A stretch of 64,000 nt of DNA from Patescibacteria group bacterium (GTDB taxonomy: Bacteria > Patescibacteriota > Microgenomatia > PFEM01 > JAHIFH01): the NCBI GenBank assembly GCA_035529375.1, contig DATKWU010000009.1, positions 289,111 to 353,110 of the forward strand, given 5' to 3'. The first letter of the stretch is position 1. The number at the start of each line of letters is the position of its first letter. The notes beneath the pieces were generated by a model. That model was not told where the DNA came from. It searched no databases and saw only the letters and a program-made list of their open reading frames with translations. The position numbers were made by a program, and so were the translations under genes. Shown here in pieces: positions 17,199 through 25,885 of the stretch.

Positions 17199-18326
17199 AT
17201 GAAACTTTCAACTCTTCAAGAAAATCTTGCTAAAGGTTTAACAACAGCCAGTCGTTCGGTTGCTAGCCGGGCGCAGTTACCGGTTCTAAATAATATCCTT
17301 CTAGTAACTGACCGGGGTCGGTTAAAACTTTCGGCTACCAATTTAGAAACAGGTGTTAATTATTGGCTAGGAGCTAAGGTTGAGAAAGAAGGGACTCTCT
17401 CGGTTCCGGCTAAGGTTTTTACTGAATTTATTACTTCTTTACCAGCGGAAAAGGTTGAATTAGAAGCTAAAGAGAATAATTTGTTAGTTAATTGTGGTTC
17501 TTATCAAGCTGAATTTAATGGTTTAGCCGCCACTGAATTTCCCAAAATTCCTTCAATCAAGGGTAAGACTGATTTAAGTTTTGTTTCTACTGAATTAATT
17601 GAATCGATCAATCAGGTTGCTTTTGCGGCTGCCCAGGATGAAGGCCGGCCTGTTTTGACTGGCGTTTTGTTGGCGATTGAGGGTAAAAATTTAAGCTTAG
17701 TGGCTACGGATGGTTATCGTTTAAGTTTGAAAAAGATACCGAGTACTAAAGGAATTGCTCAATCTAAAGAATTGAAGAAAGGTTTGATTATTCCTTCGCG
17801 AACTTTGATTGAGTTAGCCCGAACGATTGGCGATTCTGGTCAAGGAAAAGATATTGGTTTGACCATCACAGAGAAATCAAATCAAGCCATTTTTTCCACA
17901 ACTGATATTGAGATAATCTCTCGTTTAATTGAAGGTAAGTATCCTGATTACAAACGGATTATTCCTGATAAAGGCAAGACAAATATTATTCTTGACACCA
18001 CTGAATTGACCAGAGCCATTCGAGTGGCTGCCATCTTTGCCAGGGAAGCAGCTAATATTATTCGCCTTAACATTGACAAAAAAGGTTTAGAAATTACCGC
18101 CAATACGGCTCAGGTAGGCCGAAACAGAGTTCGTCTTGAAGCTAAAGTCAGTGGTCCTGGTGGTAAGATTGCCTTTAATTCTCGTTATCTTTTGGATTTA
18201 TTAGGAGTGGCTAATAGTGAACAGATAAACTTAGAAATGGCTGGTTCTCTGAATCCAGGTGTTTTCACCCTGGTAGGTGAGAAGTCTTATCTCCACATTA
18301 TTATGCCGGTTAGAGTCCAAGAATAA
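17199..18326 (+). CDS. dnaN: DNA polymerase III beta sliding clamp
   Basis: Three-domain beta-clamp pattern (MKLSTLQENLAKGL..., ...GSLNPGVF). Canonical position after dnaA. Confidence 0.9.
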   Translation: MKLSTLQENLAKGLTTASRSVASRAQLPVLNNILLVTDRGRLKLSATNLETGVNYWLGAKVEKEGTLSVPAKVFTEFITSLPAEKVELEAKENNLLVNCGSYQAEFNGLAATEFPKIPSIKGKTDLSFVSTELIESINQVAFAAAQDEGRPVLTGVLLAIEGKNLSLVATDGYRLSLKKIPSTKGIAQSKELKKGLIIPSRTLIELARTIGDSGQGKDIGLTITEKSNQAIFSTTDIEIISRLIEGKYPDYKRIIPDKGKTNIILDTTELTRAIRVAAIFAREAANIIRLNIDKKGLEITANTAQVGRNRVRLEAKVSGPGGKIAFNSRYLLDLLGVANSEQINLEMAGSLNPGVFTLVGEKSYLHIIMPVRVQE

Positions 18327-18333
18327 ATTAGGA

Positions 18334-19413
18334 TTAAAAATGTTCTTGAGTAGGCTTCAAATACTCTGAAGAAATAGCTGGGAGAGTAAGAACAGCTTGA
18401 TAGCGATTACTATCTCTTAGAGTGACGTCACCTTTTAAAAGAAAAACTGGCTGGTGATATTCTTGAACTTCAGTGGTTTCGTAATAGGCAATTGAAACCG
18501 AGGAGATTTTGACTTCTCGGATTTCTTCTGGAAAAGGGATGATTTTATAGTCTCCGCTTTCAGTCATTAATTCAATGATTTGAGCTTGACCCTCTTTAAT
18601 TTCGTTGATAACTTCTTCATAAGATTTAAGAGGATATTGACTGATGACTTCCTGGTCTGTTTGGTGAAGCGAGAAAAAGAGATTAAGGAGATTGCCTTGG
18701 TTATCAACTTTAGCTTCAAGTAAATTTCGAACTTGACCAATGCCAACTAGAGGATAGCCATTAAGACTGGATTTAAAAGTGATATTAAAAATAGTGGCTT
18801 GATCAAGATTGATAACTGGGTTTAATTCCATTCCTACAGGAACAAAGCCGGTCATTACTTCCACCTCTGGCTTACTGGCAGTTAGGCCCCAGGTTTTAAT
18901 TTTTTCGGCTACTAGATCACCAATTTTGGTAGAACTAGTGGTTTGATTTTGGACTAAAGGACTTTTGCCGATAAAAGAAAATTGACCAGAAGAAAGATTG
19001 ACTTTAAGGTAATTTTCTTCCTCTCGCCAGATAAGAAAGTTTCCTTCTTTTCTTTGTTGTTCTTCGGGTGTTCCTAGAAAACCAAGGTCAACAATCATTT
19101 TCGAAAGACGAGAGAGAATTTCTTCCTGGGCGAATTTTTTGATTTGATAAACCGCTAGGGATTTAGGGAAACTGGCAAAATCATTTTCTGAGAGTAAAAC
19201 ATCGTAAATTGGTTCTTTACCCAGTGGTTGACTTAACTCTGATTGGGGTTGAGATAGAGAACCAAATTGAGGTGTTGGTAGGGGCTGAGAAGAAGGAGAG
19301 GTTGGTCGATAGATAAACCGGATGGCCAAAAGGCTGACCACGATAGTGGCTAGTAAAATGAAAAGCCAATAACGTTTAAAAAAATTAAGAATGTTTTCTT
19401 TTTTTATTGACAT
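18334..19413 (-). CDS. Hypothetical N-terminally TM-anchored extracytoplasmic protein (last gene of the T4SS-like operon; possible VirB8/PrgL-position protein)
   Basis: N-terminal TM WLFILLATIVVSLLAIRFIY, then a P/S-rich linker and a ~300-aa domain. The functional guess rests only on synteny with prgI-prgJ-prgK-prgL-type operons. Confidence 0.45.
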   Translation of the reverse strand: MSIKKENILNFFKRYWLFILLATIVVSLLAIRFIYRPTSPSSQPLPTPQFGSLSQPQSELSQPLGKEPIYDVLLSENDFASFPKSLAVYQIKKFAQEEILSRLSKMIVDLGFLGTPEEQQRKEGNFLIWREEENYLKVNLSSGQFSFIGKSPLVQNQTTSSTKIGDLVAEKIKTWGLTASKPEVEVMTGFVPVGMELNPVINLDQATIFNITFKSSLNGYPLVGIGQVRNLLEAKVDNQGNLLNLFFSLHQTDQEVISQYPLKSYEEVINEIKEGQAQIIELMTESGDYKIIPFPEEIREVKISSVSIAYYETTEVQEYHQPVFLLKGDVTLRDSNRYQAVLTLPAISSEYLKPTQEHF

Positions 19414-21932
19414 AGAGGTAAACCTTGACAGGCTTCGTCGACGCTGTGATATTCGCAGCTGTCACTACAAATTAAATAATCACAAGGATCAGGCGTTTTA
19501 CCGCCATCAATAAAGCAGTTTAATTCACCGCAGCTACTAAAGCCAAGGTGGAGGTGACAACCAGTTGATCTGGTGCCCGTAGAGCCAATGTAGCCGATAA
19601 TTTCGTCTCGCTCAATTGTTTGACCAGGACTAACTTCCCAGGACTCTAAGTGGGCGTAAAGACTATAGAGACCGTTGTGTTTAATAACCACATAATTACC
19701 ATAACCATCGGCTCGACCAGCGGCCTGGATAGTGCCTTTGGCGGTCGGATAAACAGCAATTCCACAGGAACTGGTTTTGGGCTGAGGTGTCACAATATCA
19801 ATACCAGTGTGATATTGACAGCAAGGAATGGCGGCAACAGGGTTGCTGCGGTAACCAAAATTTGATGAACAATAAGCAGCATTTCTAATTGGCCACTGAA
19901 AACCTAGACCAGCTGGAGGTTTGATAACCGGTGGTTCTTTTGGTGGTGGATAGGCTTGACTTATTTCTGTTGGGCCGATGGGAAGGATAAAAGCACCGGC
20001 GGTCGTCATAACAATAAAAAAGGTTAAAACCATGGAGGTACCAATTGTGCCCACCACTAGCAAAATAATGGCGCTACTAGAAATGGGGGCAACTGTTAAG
20101 GAGGTGAAGAAAGCAATTACGCCACCACCCAAGCCACCGACAATCGAACCAGCGCTGGCAACTCCCCAACCAATTAAACCAATAATCCCGACCGTAGCTA
20201 CTCCGACGCCAATAGCAACTAAAGGTCCAGAAAAGGAAAAGAGAGCGGCGATGCCGATGCCACCAAAAGCAAGGGCTAAAGATTTTTCTGGATCTCTAAG
20301 GACGGATTTGATTCCATCCCAGATACCTTGAAGACGAGCTTTGATAAAGTCGATGGCTTTACCAACCGCGAGACCAATGACTGTCCCTACTCCAGGCGCT
20401 AAGGCGGTTCCAGCGGCAGCAGCACCAAATTGAACACCTAACTTGGTGGCAATCCAAGTAGCGGCCTTAGTTACTAATTTACTGCTTAAGATTTTTTTGG
20501 CAATCGGGGTGAAAAATCTTCCCAACGACTTTTGGTAAAGAGTGACACCTAATTGTTTAAAGGATTCAAAACGACCAAAAGAAATGAATTTAATAATTCG
20601 GTTCGGTAAAGTGAATCGAATTATGTTTTTACCTGGACCAACGGTTATGGTTTCATAAATTCTGCTCCCTAGACCGATCTTATTTAGAACCTGATGGAGT
20701 CCCCAAGAGTAACCGCTTTTTTCTGACCAATCAGGAGCAGGTGAGGTTTGGTAAAAAATACCTGAGGCTTCATCTTGGGCAAGATGAAAGCCGGTTCGTT
20801 TGGGAAAGCTATACCACTGTTTGAGAATAGAGGCGGCCGGTTTATCTTGATAGTAAAAGGTTCTATCCGGACGAACGATTTTGATTTTTTGTTGGGCGCG
20901 GAATTTAAGGCCTTTATCGTTTAAATATCTGATAATAGGGTCACTGTCTTTTAAACCTAATTCTTTTAGCTTACTAATGGTGGTTTCAATATCTTCAGAA
21001 AAAACTCCTTTTTCAATCATTTCCCGCCATTCGGGGGTCATTTCAGGTGTTCCTGCCGCGATTCTCATTATGCCGACTGGTACGGCATAGGGAATTCTCC
21101 TGACATAAGAAACGCCCGCTTGGGGTTGGAGTAAAGAATAGAGAGTTAAGGAGGCGACACCATCGGTTTCGAGATTTAATTGTCTAATAATATCTTCAGG
21201 TAGTTTCAGATCTTCTGGTTTGATTGTTTTATCAGCAACGGCAGTCGCTTTCGCGATTCTTTCTCGAGGGGTTATAGCAACTTCTCTTGCTTGTTCTAGA
21301 GTATCTTTAGAAGCTTCTTCAACAAAATTTTCGGCAACAACTTTTGGTTCTTTCTCTCCAATCCTTCTTAAATTTTGGCTAATTTCTTTTTTGGTTTGGA
21401 CAAGGATTTGGTGATATTCTTCTTCGGTCAAAGCAACCTTAAGAGCGACAGGTTCGAGTTTGTCAGTAATGTTTTTGGTGATTTCTTCAGTGACTGCCTC
21501 TTGAAGGAGAGGATTATCTCTAAATTTTTCTGTGATTTTTTCAGATTGTTCGCCAATTTCCTGGGCAATTCTCTGCTGAAGAAGTTTAAATCTTTCTCGA
21601 TATTCAGGTGGGGCTTTTTCCGACTCTAGAATTTGACGTTTCTCTAGATATCGCTCGTAATCTTCTCTTAATTCTCGGACTTTAATGGGATCAAGAAGGC
21701 TGGTGTCTAGAACTTTATCACGGTCAGCTAGAAGATCAGCAATTTTATCAATTAGTTTGATAAGGAAGTCTTTGTCTTTGGGGCTAATATCAAGACTTTG
21801 AGCGGCGAAGACAACTTCGTTTTTGGCTTCGCCTTCATCTCCAAGTTCAGCCGGCCAGGTTCCCAATTGAAGAAAAAAAGCCAAACGTTGAATATGTTGG
21901 TAATACTCTTGAAGCTCTTCTTTATTCATCAA
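19404..21932 (-). CDS. Large membrane protein with a C-terminal M23 (LytM-type) peptidase domain; candidate T4SS-associated cell-wall hydrolase
   Basis: N-terminal coiled-coil, then Gly-rich TM helices (GAAAAGTALAPGVGTVIGLAVG..., IGIAALFSFSGPLVAIGVGVATVGIIGLIGWGVASAG). C-terminal M23 motifs YHTGIDIV, GNYVVIKHNGLYSLYAHL and GSTGTRSTGCHLHLG. Confidence 0.7.
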   Translation of the reverse strand: MMNKEELQEYYQHIQRLAFFLQLGTWPAELGDEGEAKNEVVFAAQSLDISPKDKDFLIKLIDKIADLLADRDKVLDTSLLDPIKVRELREDYERYLEKRQILESEKAPPEYRERFKLLQQRIAQEIGEQSEKITEKFRDNPLLQEAVTEEITKNITDKLEPVALKVALTEEEYHQILVQTKKEISQNLRRIGEKEPKVVAENFVEEASKDTLEQAREVAITPRERIAKATAVADKTIKPEDLKLPEDIIRQLNLETDGVASLTLYSLLQPQAGVSYVRRIPYAVPVGIMRIAAGTPEMTPEWREMIEKGVFSEDIETTISKLKELGLKDSDPIIRYLNDKGLKFRAQQKIKIVRPDRTFYYQDKPAASILKQWYSFPKRTGFHLAQDEASGIFYQTSPAPDWSEKSGYSWGLHQVLNKIGLGSRIYETITVGPGKNIIRFTLPNRIIKFISFGRFESFKQLGVTLYQKSLGRFFTPIAKKILSSKLVTKAATWIATKLGVQFGAAAAGTALAPGVGTVIGLAVGKAIDFIKARLQGIWDGIKSVLRDPEKSLALAFGGIGIAALFSFSGPLVAIGVGVATVGIIGLIGWGVASAGSIVGGLGGGVIAFFTSLTVAPISSSAIILLVVGTIGTSMVLTFFIVMTTAGAFILPIGPTEISQAYPPPKEPPVIKPPAGLGFQWPIRNAAYCSSNFGYRSNPVAAIPCCQYHTGIDIVTPQPKTSSCGIAVYPTAKGTIQAAGRADGYGNYVVIKHNGLYSLYAHLESWEVSPGQTIERDEIIGYIGSTGTRSTGCHLHLGFSSCGELNCFIDGGKTPDPCDYLICSDSCEYHSVDEACQGLPLCQ

Positions 21933-21947
21933 TTAAATAATAGCAGA

Positions 21948-23885
21948 TTACAACGGCGTTATCTCGGTTTTTTCTTCTCGGTCGGTGGTTTTGCTTTCTT
22001 GACTTTCGGTTTCCTTAGCTTCCTCTATTTTAAGTAGCTCCTCGGGTTTAGAGGTGATTAATTGGTGTTCTTCTTTTGAGGCAACCACTCTGATGGCAAC
22101 ATGATTAGGACCGGCAAAGAAAATACCTTCGCCGACATCAGCGCTTAAGAGAAGGTGTTTTTCACCCTCAGAGAGATAAAAGATTTCAGCAACCTTATCA
22201 ATAGCAGCCGGTGACATTTTCATTAAAGTTTGAATTGAAGAGTTTTGGATAATGGCTTTACCGTGTTCGGAAACCAGGAAATCCTCAACGTCTTGGGTAA
22301 TGGTAGTTAAGCCCAGATAATATTTTCTGGCTCTTTTGGCAATTGAGTAAAGGAAGTTGGCCGAATCTGGATACTGCATTAGATACCAAGCCTCATCAAC
22401 TATCAAAATTCTTTTTTTCATTTCTTTTTTGACCTTGGTCCAAATGTAGTCCAGAATAATAAACATGGCAATTGGTCTTAAAGCGTCTTCTAGATCCCTA
22501 ATCGAAAAAACAGTGAATTTATTTTTAATGTCCACGTTTGAGCGTTGATCAAAGATACCAGAGAAGGACCCTTTGACAAATTTTTCAATCCGGTCGGCCA
22601 AGGAGGAAGCTTCAGGCTCTTCCATACCTCTTAAAGCCTTATATAAATCTTCCATTAAAGGCGGTTCTTTTTTCTGGGTGGCTGGGTCTGGGGTAATCCC
22701 TTTCATTTTGTAAGTTAGGATTAAAGCTCGATCAAGAACCGCTTCTTCAGTGGCTGAAAGGTTGCCCATAATGACTTTAAATAGAGAGTGCAGAGAAAGA
22801 ATTTTTAGGCCTAATTCGTTCTCGCCTTCTTCATAAATCGCTGAGAGATCAAAAGGGTTGATTTTCGAGGGTGAATTAAAACCAAAGGTAATGTATTCAC
22901 CGCCAACTGCTTCGGCTAAAACTTTATATTCAGATTCGGGGTCAATGGCGATAATCTCCGTACCAAACAAAAGAGAACGTAAGGCTTCAAGTTTGACCAT
23001 GTAAGATTTCCCGGCTCCTGACTTGGCAAAGATGACTGAATTGGCGTTTTCCAGTGTAAAGCGGTCGAAAACAACCAAAGAATCATTATGTTCGTTAATT
23101 CCATACATGATCCCTTCATTGGCCGTTAATTCCGAGGAAGTAAAGGGAAAGGTGGTGGCCAAGGAAGTGGTATCCATATTTCGGGTGATCATCAGTCGGT
23201 CGACACAAGTTGGGATGGTAGCTCGAAAACCATCTTCCATTTGAAGAGTGGCGTGTTTAGAAATAATTAATAAAGAACCAAGAGCTGATTCAATTTCTTT
23301 GGAGGCTTGATTTAGTTCTTCGAGTGAATCGGCCGGAATGGTGATGTAAAGACCGAATTGGAAGAAACGTTCGGCACCTTTAACCAGCTGCTCTTGGAGA
23401 GTCCGGGCATCTTCAAGTTTGGCTTGGGTTGCCGGATCAACAATCTTACCACGCTGCATATCGGTTTGAATTTCCGCTTCCATTTCGGCAATCTTACGCC
23501 GCAATTCATCAAGGATTGATTTACCTTCAACCGGATAAACGTACATCGCCACGTCCAGGGAGTGATCAAAATTAATCAAGGGCGCTAGCCAATTAGCGGC
23601 CACAAAACGGGGATAGCCGGCCACAAATAAAGTTCTGAAATATTTATTGCCTATTTTCAAATGATCAAAGTCAACCTCAAGCGCACCAGGAGCAATCACG
23701 TCCTGAACAGAAACCATGCCTTCAGCGAGTTGGGTAATTGGGTCGACGGGTAGTTTGGTCACCACTTGAGGTGATTCAGGCATTTTTCCTTTTTCTTCTG
23801 GTTTACCCTGGGCCAAAGGCAGGCCAATCTTTGAAGACCCCTTTTTACTAATATCGGCGATTTTGTTAAGACCCGGTATTTTCAT
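21948..23885 (-). CDS. virB4: VirB4/TraE/PrgJ-family type IV secretion ATPase
   Basis: Walker A FAKSGAGKSY, Walker B ILIVDEAWYLM. N-terminal region GALEVDFDHLKIGNKYFRTLFVAGYPRFV is typical of Gram-positive VirB4-like ATPases. Size is similar to pIP501 TraE. Confidence 0.8.
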   Translation of the reverse strand: MKIPGLNKIADISKKGSSKIGLPLAQGKPEEKGKMPESPQVVTKLPVDPITQLAEGMVSVQDVIAPGALEVDFDHLKIGNKYFRTLFVAGYPRFVAANWLAPLINFDHSLDVAMYVYPVEGKSILDELRRKIAEMEAEIQTDMQRGKIVDPATQAKLEDARTLQEQLVKGAERFFQFGLYITIPADSLEELNQASKEIESALGSLLIISKHATLQMEDGFRATIPTCVDRLMITRNMDTTSLATTFPFTSSELTANEGIMYGINEHNDSLVVFDRFTLENANSVIFAKSGAGKSYMVKLEALRSLLFGTEIIAIDPESEYKVLAEAVGGEYITFGFNSPSKINPFDLSAIYEEGENELGLKILSLHSLFKVIMGNLSATEEAVLDRALILTYKMKGITPDPATQKKEPPLMEDLYKALRGMEEPEASSLADRIEKFVKGSFSGIFDQRSNVDIKNKFTVFSIRDLEDALRPIAMFIILDYIWTKVKKEMKKRILIVDEAWYLMQYPDSANFLYSIAKRARKYYLGLTTITQDVEDFLVSEHGKAIIQNSSIQTLMKMSPAAIDKVAEIFYLSEGEKHLLLSADVGEGIFFAGPNHVAIRVVASKEEHQLITSKPEELLKIEEAKETESQESKTTDREEKTEITPL

Positions 23886-24798
23886 CTTTATTAACAGCTT
23901 GTTTAACTAAACCATTAATTTGATTTCTAATTGAATCTTGATTTGGGATTATCTCCTCGGTTGTTGATGATTGGGCGGTTGAGTCGATTGGTGTTGTCTC
24001 AATCTTAATTTCTCCTTGAAGTGAGGTTGTTCTTCTAGGTGGTTCGGCTTGGCTTTCTGTTGTTTCCGGCATTGTTTTTGTTATTGAGCTTCTTTCTTGG
24101 GTTGTTTCCATAGCTGCTTCCATGATTGGTGTCTGGTATTGCTTAGAACCAGTCATTTGCTGACCTTTAACTTCAGGATTGTAAATATTGAAGTAGAGCT
24201 GAATAAGTTCCTGAGTGTTAAGCTGTTTGCCTTTGAGACCTAAACGAGCGAGTTGTCTTAAAATATGATCCCTTTTAGGATAGAGGTTGGTCTTGGCTTT
24301 TTGGAGAATGTAGCTCTTATCAAAAGGGAGTTTCTTTCTAGAAAAGGTAGAAGTGAGGATCTGTTTGACGCCTAGTTCTAAGGCACTCATGGGAATGACG
24401 AGATAAAACTTTTTATCAAGAACATTGTTTCTGGCAACCGTTTCTTCGATAAACTGGCGATATTTTTGAATCTGAATTTTAATCTCGTCTTTGGTTTCTT
24501 TTTCTTCGGCTCTTTTGATTAATTTAAGATAGCCGGAAATATCTTTTCTTTGGGAGCAAAGAACGATTTGAATAGAAAAAGTGAGTGAGTTTAGAAGGCC
24601 GGCATAAGCGTAGATGGTGGCTTCCTGTTCTCTTTCTGAAAGGAGACCAAAGTTAATCGCCGTGGTAGCAATCGCCAAACAACAGCTACCGTCTTTGAGA
24701 ATAACAATCCCGTCTTGGATATCCTCAATATCAAGATGTTCTTGAGTTGAAGCTCTAATCGGTATTTTGGTTGGATCAAGTGTTTTGGGCAGGTTCAT
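23866..24798 (-). CDS. Hypothetical protein, translationally coupled upstream of VirB4 (T4SS-associated)
   Basis: 310 aa with no TM helices. Overlaps the virB4 start by 20 nt and the upstream gene by 23 nt, suggesting operon coupling. Confidence 0.5.
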   Translation of the reverse strand: MNLPKTLDPTKIPIRASTQEHLDIEDIQDGIVILKDGSCCLAIATTAINFGLLSEREQEATIYAYAGLLNSLTFSIQIVLCSQRKDISGYLKLIKRAEEKETKDEIKIQIQKYRQFIEETVARNNVLDKKFYLVIPMSALELGVKQILTSTFSRKKLPFDKSYILQKAKTNLYPKRDHILRQLARLGLKGKQLNTQELIQLYFNIYNPEVKGQQMTGSKQYQTPIMEAAMETTQERSSITKTMPETTESQAEPPRRTTSLQGEIKIETTPIDSTAQSSTTEEIIPNQDSIRNQINGLVKQAVNKDENTGS

Positions 24799-25765
24799 GG
24801 ATTTTTCCTTTGGTGCGAATCTCTAAGGGTTCGACGATCGCGCCAGTAAGATTGGTTTTAATAATATCAAATTGATAACCTTCTTTTTCAGCTTCAATTT
24901 CGTATTGACCGTTATCTAGGGGAGTGACGCTTCGAAATTGGCCTAATTTATTAGTTTTCAGAGCCCTGACTGGAATTCCCTGAGTATTTCTGATTTCTAT
25001 AATCGCATTTTCAATAATTTTGCCCTCAAGGTCAAGAACCATTCCCACAAGAGTATTAGGTTGAGTAGGAGCTTGAGGAAAAGGTAGTTCAGGACTGAAT
25101 TTAGCTTCCACCGTGGGTTTTCTAGGTTGAGCTGGTTGTTTGGGTAAGACAAAAGGTTTTCTTTTGGGAGTACTTGTTTTTTGAGGATAGCTAATTTTTG
25201 GTTTAAAAGTTGTTTCAGGCTTGGTTATTGGTTGGAAAGGTTGCCGAATGGGCGGAATCTTTTCTGTTGGTTGAGCCATATTCGCCGGCATTTTGGTTAA
25301 TTGGAACATATTAAGAGATTTTTTAATAAAGTTTTCTTCTTGTTGGTCAAGTTGACTTTGAGATTCGGTTGGGAGAGTTGAGAGGTATTCTCTTAATTGT
25401 TTTTTATTTGGTGGTGGGGCGGCCTTTTTTTGAAAAACAACCTTTTTGTAACCAGTTTTGAAGATATCAGGCTCCTTAGCTTGTCTTTCCCAGACGAATT
25501 GAGTTGGTGAGAAAATAGCTTTGATAAAGGCAACAATCCACTTATCAAGCGGCCTTTCCTGAATCGGCATAAAAGCCATGGCAAAACCAAGAAAAACAGC
25601 CAGAGCCACCAAAGGCCATTTAATGATTGGCACGAGGGGAGTGGCATAGAGAATCAAGCCAATAATACAACCACCAGCCAAAAAGCCAAATTGTCGAACG
25701 GTCATATCACCAACCAGACGGAATTGGTAAGAAGAAATGTGTTGTGGTACTGGATGTTGTTCCAT
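24776..25765 (-). CDS. PrgI/VirB3-like small-TM-domain protein with a Pro-rich linker and a C-terminal extracellular domain
   Basis: N-terminal YQFRLVGDMTVRQFGFLAGGCIIGLILY plus a second TM (WPLVALAVFLGFAMAF), resembling PrgI-family (VirB3 analogue) topology. It is the first gene of the minus-strand operon. Confidence 0.4.
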   Translation of the reverse strand: MEQHPVPQHISSYQFRLVGDMTVRQFGFLAGGCIIGLILYATPLVPIIKWPLVALAVFLGFAMAFMPIQERPLDKWIVAFIKAIFSPTQFVWERQAKEPDIFKTGYKKVVFQKKAAPPPNKKQLREYLSTLPTESQSQLDQQEENFIKKSLNMFQLTKMPANMAQPTEKIPPIRQPFQPITKPETTFKPKISYPQKTSTPKRKPFVLPKQPAQPRKPTVEAKFSPELPFPQAPTQPNTLVGMVLDLEGKIIENAIIEIRNTQGIPVRALKTNKLGQFRSVTPLDNGQYEIEAEKEGYQFDIIKTNLTGAIVEPLEIRTKGKIHEPAQNT

Positions 25766-25867
25766 GACTACCTCTCTATTCTAAAGTGATTTTAAACTCG
25801 ATTCAACCGTTTCAAACTAGGTCAAATTACAAGGAAAATAGGGCAATTGTCGTTGAAAAGAGTTCTA

Positions 25868-25876
25868 TGATATAAT
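25868..25876 (+). promoter_or_regulatory. Extended -10 promoter element (TGATATAAT) directly upstream of the 768-aa ORF
   Basis: TGnTATAAT sits 10 nt upstream of ATG 25886, implying a very short leader. Confidence 0.3.
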
Positions 25877-25885
25877 CCAATCAGC

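Noticed and set aside
19650-20331. Plus-strand ORFs (71 and 117 aa) inside the M23 peptidase gene
   Set aside because: Antisense to the Gly/Ala-rich TM region. The proteins are low-complexity translations.
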